Position numbers and translations under genes: made by a program | DNA from: Macrostomum lignano | Lineage: Eukaryota | DNA length: 64,000 nucleotides | Assembly (NCBI GenBank): GCA_002269645.1 | Contig: NIVC01001110.1 | Location: forward strand, 1 to 64,000 | Reading direction: 5' to 3' | The notes under the pieces: generated by a model | Database searches by the model: none | What the model saw: only the letters and a program-made list of their open reading frames with translations | Told to the model about the DNA's origin: nothing | Shown: piece by piece, positions 1 to 12,325 of the stretch | Position numbering within the stretch: position 1 is the first letter of the stretch | Layout: every line of letters begins with the position of its first letter

Positions 1-3000
1 TTTTTGTTTTCATCAAGTCATTCTATGCTAATTTTTTCTGAAGGTAAAGATACCATATATTTAGAGTCAATAGGGGAAGCATTTAGACTTATTCAATAGT
101 CATTAAAATTGCAACTATATTATTATAATATAGTAATAATATTATACATGTATTATATAGTAATATTAACTTCTAAGATGCCCTTATAAATTTAAGTAAA
201 GACAACAGGCCTTAATTAATTAATCAGCATTTTGAAGAAACTGACCTTATACAGATGGCCCCAAGCTAAGAAATGAATGTAGAGCTTATTTCGTGTAAGG
301 TATAAAAATGCAATTTTATTAAAATATTAAATACTTCTAATAAATTGGTTAAATTAGTTATTTACCTTGAATTAATTTAATTTTAATAATTAAATATAAA
401 TTTGTTTCACTTCTTACTGCATTTAAATAGAGTACCTCTCTACTATACTATAGAAGTATAGTAAAAGTACATGGTAAAAAAGTATAGTAAAAATTTTCTT
501 TGGTTTAATCCCAGCTTGCCTCAGTTTTTTAGTCTTAATACGAGCTAGATAGTAAGTGTTGATTAATTTGCTCCATCACCTTTTGCCACGGAAACAGCAC
601 ATGTCGGACATGCAACACTCTTCCTGATCCCTGGATTCAAGATGACTGCTTCTGCTTCTTCAATGCTTGAAACTGAGTCATGGAGCTTTAGGTTATGCTG
701 TCAGAGTGCTGCTGCCGGTGCTGTGTGTGTATGTGTGTGTCTTCTGCGGGTAGGTTCCATGTCCTCAGTTAGCCACTGTTGTGGGCTAACTGGAGGAATT
801 GCCGTTGTCGGTGCTGCAGGTGGCACTGCATGGTAGTATTGACGCTGTCAGTGACGCTGGCAAAGGCTTGGACGAAGCTAGGTGCCGTCATTGTCAGAAG
901 GACATGCGTGTGCTGCTTAGACCAGTGCGCACATTCGACTGGACTCGACTCGTATCTGGTGCAGTCTGGTGTATTCACTGAGATTGTGTGGATCTGCCTC
1001 CTCGCATCACCTCAACCAGGCTCAATTTCTTTTGTAGAATTTTCGTGCGCTGCTTAACTGCATCTTGTGCCTGCTGAGTGATGCCAAGAATTGTGCCACA
1101 CAATAATTTGGCCCATAAACTACTCGTATATTATACATATGTATGCACAGCACACACACACGCAGTTCATTCATATTAAATGTACTAGTTAATGGAATTC
1201 TCATCTCATGAGCTCTAGTCTATGGACAAACCTGAAATTACTAGAATATCTAGATAGATCTAAACTTCTTGAGCAGCGCGTTGCGCTGCGAGCAAAATAC
1301 ATGTAGATTCCTTAGCGCAACTAATTAATAGTGTAGTACAGTCTACAGCCTGAAGTAGCCTGTGTAAGATGCGGAGGGATGATTTTTGCATAGGAAGCCA
1401 CTACGGTAAGGTTGATGGAACTATGGGGAGGTGAGAGATTCAAAGCGAGGGACGGAAGCCATGCATAGTTCGATCATAAGTTTGATTATTCATGAGTCTG
1501 GGGATGCATTAACGAGAGGCGGACGAGAGCATAGAAATAAAGCGGGCTAAATATATTAATACACAAAATTACATGTACTAGCTAGTAATTTCAGAATGGT
1601 CAGCGACTCCTCCGATTTGTATCCGCGACCGCGTGCCCACAAATCCCCCGGCAGACCCTGTCGCAGTTGGTGGTTGTGCACAGAATACAATGTTAATTTT
1701 CGAGCTTCTCTGCAAAAAATGCGTGATGCACTCAAGATGCGTGCTATAGTCTACTTCTTTGATTGATGGCTGGGTTTTGCCTTTTCGCTTGTGATCATCA
1801 AAAGCTTGGGCGTCATTGCTACTGGTGTTTCAGTGTGCGCATTATGTCTGGTTATCATGTATTATGTGCATGTGCAGTGTCTTTTACCTACATTTTTGTT
1901 TGTCTCTGTTTCCTGCATGCTCTTTCGCATTTTTACACCTCGCACACCCTCATTTTTCTCAATTAACAAGTGAAATCTTTTTTGAAAGACTAACTGCTAT
2001 TTTAGTTAAGCTAGTAGGTTTTTGGTAATTAAATAATTCAATTTTGTCTATTTTCCAAAAAGTTTCAAAAAATGAATTGATTAAAATAAATTTGAATTAT
2101 TTTAAGTTAATTGGAGTAAAATGTCTAATAAGTAACTATAATTTTTTATTTTAAGTACATGCAGCTTTGGTATAAGTATTAATGTAATAAGTACTTAAAG
2201 TAAAATCAAGCAAGTTATAGTTTTCAGAAATTATGCTACAAATAATCAAATATATACTAGAATCCGAATTCCTTTATTAAGGAACATGCAGTTGATATTA
2301 AATCCACAATGTGCTTTTATAATAATTTCGCACTTTTTCGCACACGATAATTTTAAATGTCTGGGATTTAGAGCAGAGTAACAAAATGCTGTGCTCAAAA
2401 ACATTTCCTTTGTCAATTTCTTGTTCTTTTATTTTTGCAAAAGAAATTTAACTGCATATTTAAAATAAAAATAGAAGAAATTTTATTTTCTCTTTAATAT
2501 TTTTGTCGTTTATTTTCCGCAACAAAGAATAACAAATAGCCTTGATTTCTTCTCAATTTCAAGTTTTCTTGTGGTTTTAGTAGCAGCTTCTTACAGAAAT
2601 TGTCGAAATAATTTTTTTTGTACGATTATTGGTCGATGTATAAACTTTTTTTGCAATAACAAAAAGTTGTGACCTAGCTTTGAGAACGACCCAAGCATTT
2701 CCTTACAAAAGGAAAAGTAAATGGAAAAATTGATGGGAAAGTTTATAGAAAATTAAATAGTAAAGTTTATGGCCAAAGTTGTATATTTGCATGTGTTTTG
2801 ATACTATTGATAACAAAAATTAATAATAGTCTTAATAACAAAAATTAATAATACAATATAGTGTAGGCCTAAGCAAATTCAATGACAACAGAATTTTAAG
2901 TACAGGAATACACATAGTCATAACTCATAAAATAAAATTATATTACCATGGAATCCTAATTTTAGAAACAAAGAGCTTTATGTGAAATATGAGCCACTAG

Positions 3001-3114
3001 CAAAACAGTTAAAAATAAGTTTTTTGTCCTTTCGTTTCCTCCTTTTATTTTAGTAGTCCTTGACCTATCCGGAAGGCTTTGGGTGAATATCTGTCATTTC
3101 AGCTAGGGCCTAAC

Positions 3115-3720
3115 CATTTCGGCGACAAACAAAATCAGCGACATTGATTCACCGAAGGACTCCCCAAGTAGTTGAGGTCTTACTACTTGAGGTGAGGAGG
3201 CCTTGCCCCTTGGCCCGGATTCGATTCACCGACACCATTCACCATAGACAAATTCAGCGAAAGCACTTTCGGTGACAAACTCTGCCTAACATTCGACGTC
3301 AATAAAGAAAAAAACTGTATAATCTTATTCAATAATCGTCAATGCACAGTATTCGTTAATGCACATTAACTTCTCCTTTTAAATTGACTTTGTTTTATCC
3401 AATCTTTATCCTCTTCTTTTCAAATGTGCTTTCCAAGAAGTTTTTCATTCTATTCAATTATTTCGGTCGGTAGCATTCCTTCTATCAAAAATCATATAGG
3501 CTTTAGTGTAAAATCGAAATTTCGGAGTGAATAGAACTTTCACGTGCATTTTAAGAAAGCCTTTATTACATGTAATTTTCTTTAACTCAAAGACAGCTAT
3601 AAAAAAGTCAAAGACTTGTCGCCGAATTTGCTTTCGCCGAATGGCGAATTTGTCCATGGTGAATCTCGTCACCGAATTTGCGTGCATCCACTTGTACGCA
3701 AGAATAGACAAATTCGGTGG
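3115..3720. mobile_element. Degenerate inverted-repeat element (MITE-like) with repeated TTCGGYGA/TCRCCGAA motifs
   Basis: 3231-3292 (attcaccatagacaaattc..agcgaaagcactttcggtgacaa) is an imperfect inverted copy of 3612-3676 (ttgtcgccgaatttgctttcgcc..gaatttgtccatggtgaat). Termini and TSD not resolved. Confidence 0.4.
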
Positions 3721-5064
3721 CATTCGTCCAGTTCTGTGGTGCTGGGCTCGAGGCGGACTTGCTTGCGTAAATTAAACCAAACGCAAACATACATAGTGTC
3801 ATAGTTTACTTGTTTGAATAGAAGTTACATAAATTGAATAATTAAAACAAAATCATTTAGCCATTTATTATTTATTTAGTATAAATTTAACTTTGAAAAT
3901 TAAAATAGGCCCTCTAAGACATTTGATTTTCCTAGTTATCTAGGCCTAGCATAGATTTATGCAAGAGAAAGGCATGATTGAAAATTAATCATAGGCCTAA
4001 GCTAAGGCTAAGCTAAGGCAAGCTATAGGCTAAGTTGATAGGAAAATTGATAATATTTTAATGTATAATAAGTTGATGCATTCTTTTACTAGGTCTAATA
4101 AGGTCTCTAAAAAGCATATATTTCAAGTTATTTTTTATTAGATATTGGTTATATTTAGGTTTTTTAATATACAAATGTAAAAGTAAAAAAATTCTATTTT
4201 TTGCAATGAAAAAAAGCTTATATTTTTTCTAGATTGCAAAGGCCTTTAATAGACTATAGCCAGCTAAGCTAGGGACATGGGGATAAGATATATCCTTTCT
4301 ATAAATAACCAAATTTTTTGAAGTCTATTTTTCTAGTATATTGAAGTAGGGGTGAAGAAATGAAAATTTGTCTAAGGTTGCTTGGTTCGACACCAAATTG
4401 GGGTGGTTCTGACTTTTGAATTATTGCCAGCATTGAGTTTGCATAAATTAAATCTAGAAAATTGCACAAACAAACCATTTTGCAGATGGTGGAGTGTGTG
4501 CCAGAAAATTCTAGCGTACACTTGATTTCTGTGGCGTATACCAGCATACATTTCTTGGCTGTGTACAGTGTGGCATACAGTTTGGTGTATGGCAACTGGC
4601 GTAGAAGTTAATATAAAGATTTTTTTGTGCTTTTTCTGTGTCAAGTTATTTCAAAAACCATTTTTTTCTGCTACTATTTTCTCATTTACCAATCATTTTA
4701 ATTATTGGAATTGTCACAATAATCCTCATGTTGTTATCAATTTTTTGGAGTTTAAATTTAAATTTAAATATTTGTTGATTTTTTTACCATTGTTTAAGTT
4801 GGCCTACATTTAAAATCTATTGGCGTACAATTAAAAATTCAATAAAAATGTGTCCAGCGTACACAGAAAACCTTCGCAATATGCCAGACAAATCAATAAA
4901 ATTTGTCTTGAATACTCCGGTTGCTGGGGTTCTCAATTCTAGGGAGAGGGTAGTTTTAGTTGTAGATGAGCAGTCTTCAATAGGCACAAGTGCTCAGAGT
5001 GGGTCCTTAGACACTGAAATTAATGGACCTTATATGCTTGACTTATTACTATCAGTAAAATAGT

Positions 5065-5074
5065 GCTGCCACCA
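5065..5074 (-). other. Degenerate primer-binding site (tRNA-Leu type) of the eroded copy
   Basis: Minus strand reads TGGTGGCAGC(A), the positional equivalent of the PBS at 14119-14129 with its CpG mutated. Confidence 0.6.
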
Positions 5075-5409
5075 TAATTTACATATTATGGAACGTTGAA
5101 TTCTTAGGGCTCTCTTTGAGTTAAGAACTTGGTTATTTTACGTTCCATAGGCAAATAACTTAAGATAGGCTAGTGCTCTCAATTAAGTATTAAGCAAAAA
5201 ATATTGAGTAGGTTGATGTTCATTTTATTATTATTAGCAGGCTGGCAAAGTATTAATGTTTAGGTTGACTTGACAATAAATGATGCCAGGGGAGCTGCGG
5301 TATGAGTCTTTACATTAAAGATCAGATGAGTCTAAGCAAAGAAATTAGCTAGCTGCAATTAATAGTAGAGGAGAGCAAGAAGAAAAAAAAAGAGCTTTAC
5401 AGAATCAGG

Positions 5410-5790
5410 CCAAATGAGGCCAAATAAATACAAAAAGGGGGGCAGAAGGTGGGCAAAGTGGCTCAGAGAATGGGGACAAGACATGGACACTAAGGTCTAG
5501 AACTTGGCAAGCAAAAGTTTCTGTAGAAAATACAGAGGGAAAAGAACAAAAACAAAAAAGGGACAAGCAAGTGAGGTGGGAGCTTTTAAAGACGAGCAAA
5601 AAGAGGCCTAGTTAAATAACAAAAAAGGAGCAGAAGGTAGGCAAAGTGGTCCAGAGAATGAGGACAGGGCATGGACATCAAGGCCCAGAACTTGGCAAGC
5701 AAAAAGTTCCACAGAGATACACAAAGAAAAACAAACAGAACAGAAAAAGGGTATAAAAAACTAGAGAAGGGCATAAAAAACCAGAAAAGG
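5410..5790. repeat. Diverged tandem duplication, ~190-bp unit
   Basis: gcagaaggtgggcaaagtggctcagagaatggggac..agaacttggcaagcaaaagtt (5445-5520) recurs at 5628-5710. Confidence 0.7.
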
Positions 5791-7865
5791 GCAGTTATTC
5801 CAGAAAGAGGGACAAAACACATCATAGATTTTGCTAGGGAGTAGACAGATAGGGCCAGAAACAGGGCAATGGCAAATGAGAGAGTCTGAAAAATGTTACT
5901 ATGATATTAAAAAATTTGTTAGTGGGAGTCCACAACTACCACATGTGCCGGCAGGCCGTGGCATGAGATGAATGATTAGACCTTCTAGTCTAAGGGTAGC
6001 GACCGCGGTTAGCTATGGCTCGGCCACCTTGGTTGGCCAGGCAGGTGCCACCAACCAAGCTGTTTGGTGTCCAAGTGGCAGGTTAGGCGGCGGGCTCCTG
6101 ACCATTAGTCTCTAAGCTGCTAGTCGTAGTGGCTGGGTTTGGGCGACCGCAGGCTTGGGCCACGCTGGCTACATAGGTACCATAGCAAAGTTGCTCAAGC
6201 GACAGGGGTAGCCCTCAGTGGCGGGTGGCAGTGTTATTGATGGCTAGCACCACCAGCGTGCAGCACGGGCCAATTTGCTGCCCCTCGGTTTCATCGCCAA
6301 GCCGGGCCGCGGTAGCGGCAGCAACCATATCGAGCACCAAGGTCACGTCAGCTGGGGTGAAGTGCTAGGCATATAGGGTCCAATTCCGGCCATCGCTGGC
6401 TTGTCGCTGGGCAGAGGCCCCTTCAGCTTCCAGGAGCAGTAGCTCCACCAAATGTTATGCCCGAGCTTCTGCAGGGGCCGCAGGGTCACCAGCGGGGCAG
6501 CTGTTGGAGCTCCGCGAGGGCTGTCACTAGATTCGCTAGTCCAGGCCAATGGTAGAGGTGGGGGCGTCTCATGGTGGTCTGGCTCAAGCAGCCGCACTAG
6601 ATCTGGCTCAGGTGCCACAGGCATTCTGTACACTGCCTCCATGAAGCCATTGATCTCAAGTCCTGGGCTATAAGCAGCCTCCAGTGGTTTGGGTCGCAGT
6701 TCGTCCAAATTGACCGAGTACAGTTAGCAACCAGTTCGGCAAGGCGCTAATGCGCCATTCTACATAGGGTCGCTGTACATGTTTGGTGCTGTTTGCAATC
6801 TGGAGCAAAGTGTGTCAGGCAAAATAAACTAACTGTCAAATGATATAGCTGGACAAATCGGGTGTCAGATTATTAGCTGGATGGCCAGAGAAACAAAAAT
6901 TCAGAAAATTAACCCAGTGAAATTAAATGCTTATATACTTCTATGCAGGCCAGATAATAAACAAAGGGGCCAGAAAACAGCCAAACACAAAAACACCCCC
7001 CTTCATGCACTCCAGTAGGGTCGTGCCCGGAGATTGGAGTGGAGAGAAAATCAAGGGGCAATAAAATGGTAAACCACAAGTTAGGGGTGCATTTTAGGCT
7101 GAACACCGAATCGATGAATTGAGAAGGTCCCAAATGGCTCGCACAAAAAGGGGGTCGCATGGGAAAATACAAAGAGTTGCAAGCATAAGTTAGAATTTGA
7201 CAAATGACTATAAGATAGCAAAATGAGGTTCCTAACCAGCATTAATAATAGGAATAGCTGAATAGCTAAGATACTAACCAAAATAGCAAACAGGTCTCCA
7301 TAAGGAGCTTTACAAACAAAAGGAGAAAAAGGCACTGGAAAAGAATTTTCCCAGGCTAGGCTTAATCTAGACAGAGATCAGGAGCCACTAGTCACCTTAG
7401 ATGCCCCCACTAGGAACAGAGCCTCGAACAAGAGGGCCTGACCCAGGTGCGGCAGGGCAGTCAAAAAACTGGCAGGTGGAACAAAAATTTCCTTCAGCTT
7501 TGAACAAGGAGCTAAGAGGGTTTACAAAAAAATGAAAATGACAAGTGTTATGTTACAGAGATGAGCATAAAACTTTCAGCACTCTGGGCATGCGCAGAGA
7601 AATTTACGGCAAAATTTCGTAGAACAGAAAAAGGGATATTCACAACAAATAATGTATCGCATGTGGAAAAATATGAACACATTTGTGCAGGCTTTTACCA
7701 GAAAGCCTAAGGCTAAATATGAGCGCAAGGGTGCAGCTTATTGTAATGCATTGTATAAGCATAAGCACATAGAAATAAATAGATTGCAGCTTTTATCCGG
7801 AAAGCTTAAGGAGAAAAGTATAAAATTGCTTTTGTTAGAAAGCAAAAGGTTACATTAAAAGAATC

Positions 7866-8026
7866 TGCTTTTACCCTCAAGCATAAGGTTTACAATAGAG
7901 AAAATTGCTTTTACCCTCAAGCATAAGGTTTACAATAGAGAAAATTGCTTTTACCCTCAAGCATAAGGTTTACAATAGAGAAAATTGCTTTTACCCTCAA
8001 GCATAAAGTTTACAATAGAGAAAATT
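7866..8026. repeat. 40-bp tandem repeat, 4 copies
   Basis: Unit tgcttttaccctcaagcataaggtttacaatagagaaaat; ttaccctcaa recurs at 7871, 7911, 7951 and 7991. Confidence 0.95.
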
Positions 8027-8174
8027 TTAAATTAACCTTCAGCACATTAGCAGCTGCAGAGAAGGTTTACAGTGGCAGAATAAATCAAGCGCAGATGCAA
8101 ATAAGACTACTGGCAGTAGTGTGCAAATACAAATTCGCAGAAAGCACACTTAGTTAATTTCGCAGTTAATTACC

Positions 8175-9503
8175 TTAAATTTCGACCTCCATTCCGATGT
8201 CTGGCAGGTCAGGATCGTCTTCTAGCACTTCAGGATGGCACAGGCTCGGCTCGAATAGTTGGGTGCCTCGCAGATCAGGCTGAGCTGCGGCCTGCTGTTC
8301 CGGTGCGGGCTGATCAGCTGAGTCCTCTTCGCTTTCCTCGCTCGACTCGTAGGGCAAAATTGGCCGTTCAGTTTGTTGCTGCGGCTCCTGCGGTCGTTTG
8401 GCCATCATTTGCGGCACCTTGATGATGTTGTTCCGGTGTACAAGCACTTCGGCTGGGCGTCCTCGTCGTGCGGTGGCAGGTTTGATCCAGTAGGCGACTT
8501 CTCCGACTTTCTTAACAACCTTATACATGCTCTTATACGGCCGGTGAAACTTGGGCAACTCTCCCAACTCGAGCTTCGGGTTGGCCAGGCAGACCAGGTC
8601 TCCTGGCTGCTGTTCTGCTGGCCTCGGCCGGTTCTCATAATACTCTTCTCGGCGCTGGATCTCTGCTCTCAGTCGCTGTCGCACAATACGCTCGGTCTCG
8701 GCCAGTCTGCGCTGATGCTTGGCAATGTACTCTGGGAGGTCAGCCGATACATCCAGGCGGTCTAGGGTGTTGTCGATAGGGTGGGCACTCCGTAGACAAC
8801 ATAGTGCGGCGAGAAACCAGTAGCACGATTGACGGCGGATCTTAGTGCAGTCAAAGCGGCTGGCAGCATCTTGTCCCACTGTTGATCAGATGATCTTCTA
8901 GGAGACAGGTGAGCACCTTCTTAATATTCTTATTGCATGATTCGGCTTGTCCATTAGCCCAGGGCGAATATGGCGGCGTCGTCTGCCTGATGCCGTAGAC
9001 TTCGCAGAAGTGTCGGAACTCATGCCCTGTGAATTGCTTGCCTTGATCCGAATGAATCCAAGCGGGGATTCCGGTGATCGGAAAGACTTGCTCTTGCAGG
9101 AGCGTGATTATTGTTTTGGCGCGCTGGTTCTTCATGGCGAAGGCGAAGGGGTATTTCGACGTGGTGTCGACGTAGGTCAGGATGTACTCATTTTCTCGAT
9201 CTGTCGGGTCTCCAGTGGTGCCCAGAATATGTCGATAGCGCATCGCCCATAGATTTCGTAGACCGGGAACGACTGTACATGCGCCGGAATTCGTCGCCGT
9301 CCTTTGCTTAAAGTGCAGGTCTGGCAGGAAGCGACATGGTCGGACACTGCCTTGGCCAGGGCAGGTCGCCAGAATTTTTCGCGCACTTTAGCGATGGTGA
9401 GGTCTCGGCCCATGTGTCCGCAGTAGGGCGAATCATGCAGTTCGGCAAACACGGTGGCATCGAGACTTCTTGGCAGTCTTGGCTTTATCTTCTTCGCCAA
9501 CAT
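8175..9503 (-). pseudogene. Gypsy integrase, frameshifted in 3 pieces
   Basis: 9177-9503 has the zinc-binding domain ELHDSPYCGHMG..SCQTC. 8851-9243 has the core YVDTTSKY..IHSDQGKQF..NGQAESCN. 8175-8879 has the C-terminal KFHRPYKSMYKVVKKVGEVAYWI (GPY/F-like, SH3-type) and an acidic tail. Confidence 0.93.
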
Positions 9504-10374
9504 CTTCGAGATGTATTACTAATAGTCCATCGTCTCGGACTTCGAGCTGTTCGTAAAATGCTAACATGTTTCGTTCGTCTCTAGTCATGTTCAGACGTTG
9601 ATTCATCGGCAGCTTCGGTTGTCGGGTTTCCAATAGATTGATCACCATGGCGATGGCGGAGTCAGCTCGCTGATGGGTCTGGAGCTCCTCACGAGTGACT
9701 GGCCTCGGGATATGATCTGTCAAGTTCAGAGTTCGGCGTCTGTCCGTAGGATTTGCTGGCGAGGCATCGGCTGTGGCGGCATGGTTCGGGGTCTGGAGCT
9801 CCCTCCGCATGATCGCTACTCTAACCGGTTGCCGGGCTGTTGATGATTTTAAGGGCCGATCCTTGTCGGTTACTTCGGCGTCACTGTTGTCAGATTTGGG
9901 TTTGTCAGCAGATGATGATGAGTCAGCGGAGCTGTCGGCGTCGCTGCTGAACCTCACCTTCTTGAACTTAGGGCAGCGAGCGGGTTGGCAGCGGTCATCT
10001 CTGGCTGCACTGTGGTCGCTGTCCTCGTCACCTTCAGCTAGTAGTCAGCGGCTCCTATTAGGGCAACATGTCGTGCTACTGCTAAAACTGGTGGGCGACC
10101 TCCGTGAGTCCCGATAACGACTGGCAGCTGGCCTCAGCTTCGTCGCCGGCGGTTGCAGCTCTGTCAGCGGCTTGCTGTCGGCTGGCGGTGTTGCTGGCGG
10201 CGTAGCCTCGCCGTTGGACTCTTTCGGTTAGGTCGGCGGCCTCCGTCGATTTCGGCGGGTCGATGGCTTCTTGCTCGGTGGAGGGCTAGGGTAGCTGCTG
10301 TCGTGGACCTTTGGCGCCGCTGCGCCAGTTATCGCGGCTGGCTGCTTACTTTGGTCCTTGTCAGCTTCCTCGCG

Positions 10375-11706
10375 CTAAGTCTCCTCCAAGCATTCGGCGT
10401 CTTCCTCGGGCCGTTTCGAGAGACCGTCGGCATTTTGATGCTGACTTGATTTGCGGTGCTGGATTTCGAACTCAAATTCGCTGAGTCTCTGTAGCCATCG
10501 TCCAAAGATGCCTACTTGCTGAGTTCGCCTTAGGATCCAGGTCAACGCGGCATTATCGGTTCGGCAGATGAACTTCTTGGCCAGCAGGTAGAAGCGGAAG
10601 TGTTGCATCCCATCTACGACTGCCAAGAGTTCCTGTTTAGTAATCGGGTATCTGGCTTCGGCTGGCTTGAGTCGCCGGGAGAAATAGCCGATTGGGCGCT
10701 CAATCTCATCAGCTTGGCGTTGGCTCAGGCAGGCTCCGATCCTGGTCGCAGAAGCATCCGTGTCCAAGATAAACATTACTTCAGGATCCTCACTGAACTG
10801 CGGATACGCGAGCACTGATGTCGAAGTCATAGCTGCCTTGAGCTGGTCGAACGCGTCTTGCTGGGCTTTTCCCCATAGACAATTGAAATTCCGAATCTTC
10901 TTTTCCTTGATTAAATCATGGAGCGGAGCTGCAAGTTCTGCGTAGCCAGGTACGAATTTAGCATAATAAGCGCACGTGCAGACAAAACTTTTCAGTTGTC
11001 GCGCTGTTCGTGGTCTTGGCCAGGTCTGAATTGCTTCAATTTTCGCCGGGTCGGTTTTGATGCCGTCTTTAGTTACTAGGTGTCCCAAATAGTTTAGGCT
11101 TGCCCGAAATAAATGGCACTTCTTGCCTTTAAATTTTAGATTGGCTTCTTAAACTCGTTTGAAAACTTCTTCCATATGCTGCAGATGGTCTTCGAACTTC
11201 TTGGAATAAACGATGACATCATCTAAATAGGCTATTGCACTTATGTAGGCGATCCCGTTAAGCACAGCGTTCATGAGGCGCATGAAGCTGGCTGGCGCCG
11301 AGCTCAATCCCATAGGCATAACATTATAGGCGAATTGTCCGCGGTGCAGCGTGGCAAAGGCAGTCAGATCTTTATCTTCTGGACGCAGAGGAATCTGATA
11401 GTAGCCACTGTTTAAATCGAATGTACTAAACAGCTGGCTTCCTTCGAGGCTGGCGAATGCTTTTTGAATGTTAGGAATCGGGTACGGAAAGTACTCACAT
11501 TTCTGGTTCAGACTCCGAAAATCTTGCACAATTCTCAGGCTGCCGTCCTTCTTCGGGATGATCACCAGCAGGGTGTTGTAGCTGGAGAAGCTCGGTCTAA
11601 TCACACCTTTGGCTAGTAGGTCGTCTAGCAGCTGATCCACCTTCGGTAACAGATGCGGCGGAATCCTTTGCGTCGGCAGGTGTACCGGATCCTTGTCCTT
11701 CAGCAC
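10375..11706 (-). pseudogene. Gypsy reverse transcriptase + RNase H with an in-frame stop at 11149-11151
   Basis: FSTFDLNSGYYQI, VMPMGLSSAPASF, AYLDDVIVYS, then in the same frame YLGHLVTKDGIKTDP, FILDTDASATRIGACLSQ, ELLAVV, RTDNAAL, NADGLS. Confidence 0.96.
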
Positions 11707-11814
11707 GATGTTGTGGGTGACCAGGTGAGTTCGGCCGAGATCGTGTGGCCCCTACGAGGTTTTCTTCTCGTCCTTTTGCTAATTTGATTTTGATTCGGGC
11801 TGATGATAATGGTA

Positions 11815-12215
11815 TCACAGTAGTGCTTTCGGCTGTATAAATTCGGTAGCTTCGGTTCCCGTGTAGCGAGGTGGTGCGGCTGCGCCGTCCTTGAAGAACA
11901 GCATCCCGGCGGCGAGATCCAGTGAGGTGCTGTAGTTCTCTAGAAACTCGAAGCCCAGGATGTTGTCATGCGACCCTTTCGCTAGTAGAAACTTGACTGT
12001 TGGCTCAGAATTTCCTATTTTAACTTTAATAGTTAGTTGGCCTGCCATCTGGATTGGTTCGCCATTGTAGGTCACGATGCGTTGCAGGCAGGGCTCAATT
12101 TGGCCACGCAGGGTTGGGTCATCAGTACATAGCCGGTTCCAGGTGCCGAATCCTAGGACTTCACACTTGGAGCCGGTGTCAAGCAGAAAAGCAAAATAGC
12201 GGCCCTGAATCTCAC
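11815..12215 (-). pseudogene. Gypsy aspartic protease
   Basis: Manual translation GRYFAFLLDTGSKCEVLG (LDTGS at 12183-12169) runs into ORF 11815-12075 (..DNILGFEFL). Confidence 0.88.
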
Positions 12216-12325
12216 CAGTTAGAAACGGATCCTTCGAGGTCGCTTGGGTGCAGAGTTCTGTACAGCTGCAGCGGAGGCGGTCTCAGCAGTGGCCTGCTGA
12301 GCGACTAAAGTCCTCGGCGGGGACT

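Larger units (their letters stand above)
4341..5943 (-). mobile_element. Old, CpG-eroded copy of the Gypsy 5' leader + PBS + LTR segment, without gag
   Basis: Three collinear blocks align with the right end of the Gypsy element: 4341-4475 to 13803-13950, ~4885-5110 to ~13940-14165, and 5791-5943 to 14166-14322. Homology ends at ..caactaccaCA (TG on minus) in both copies. Confidence 0.75.

Noticed and set aside
642-1204. Short ORFs in the GC-richer patch at the window start
   Set aside because: No recognisable domain, consistent frame or splice structure; possibly an old TE scrap.
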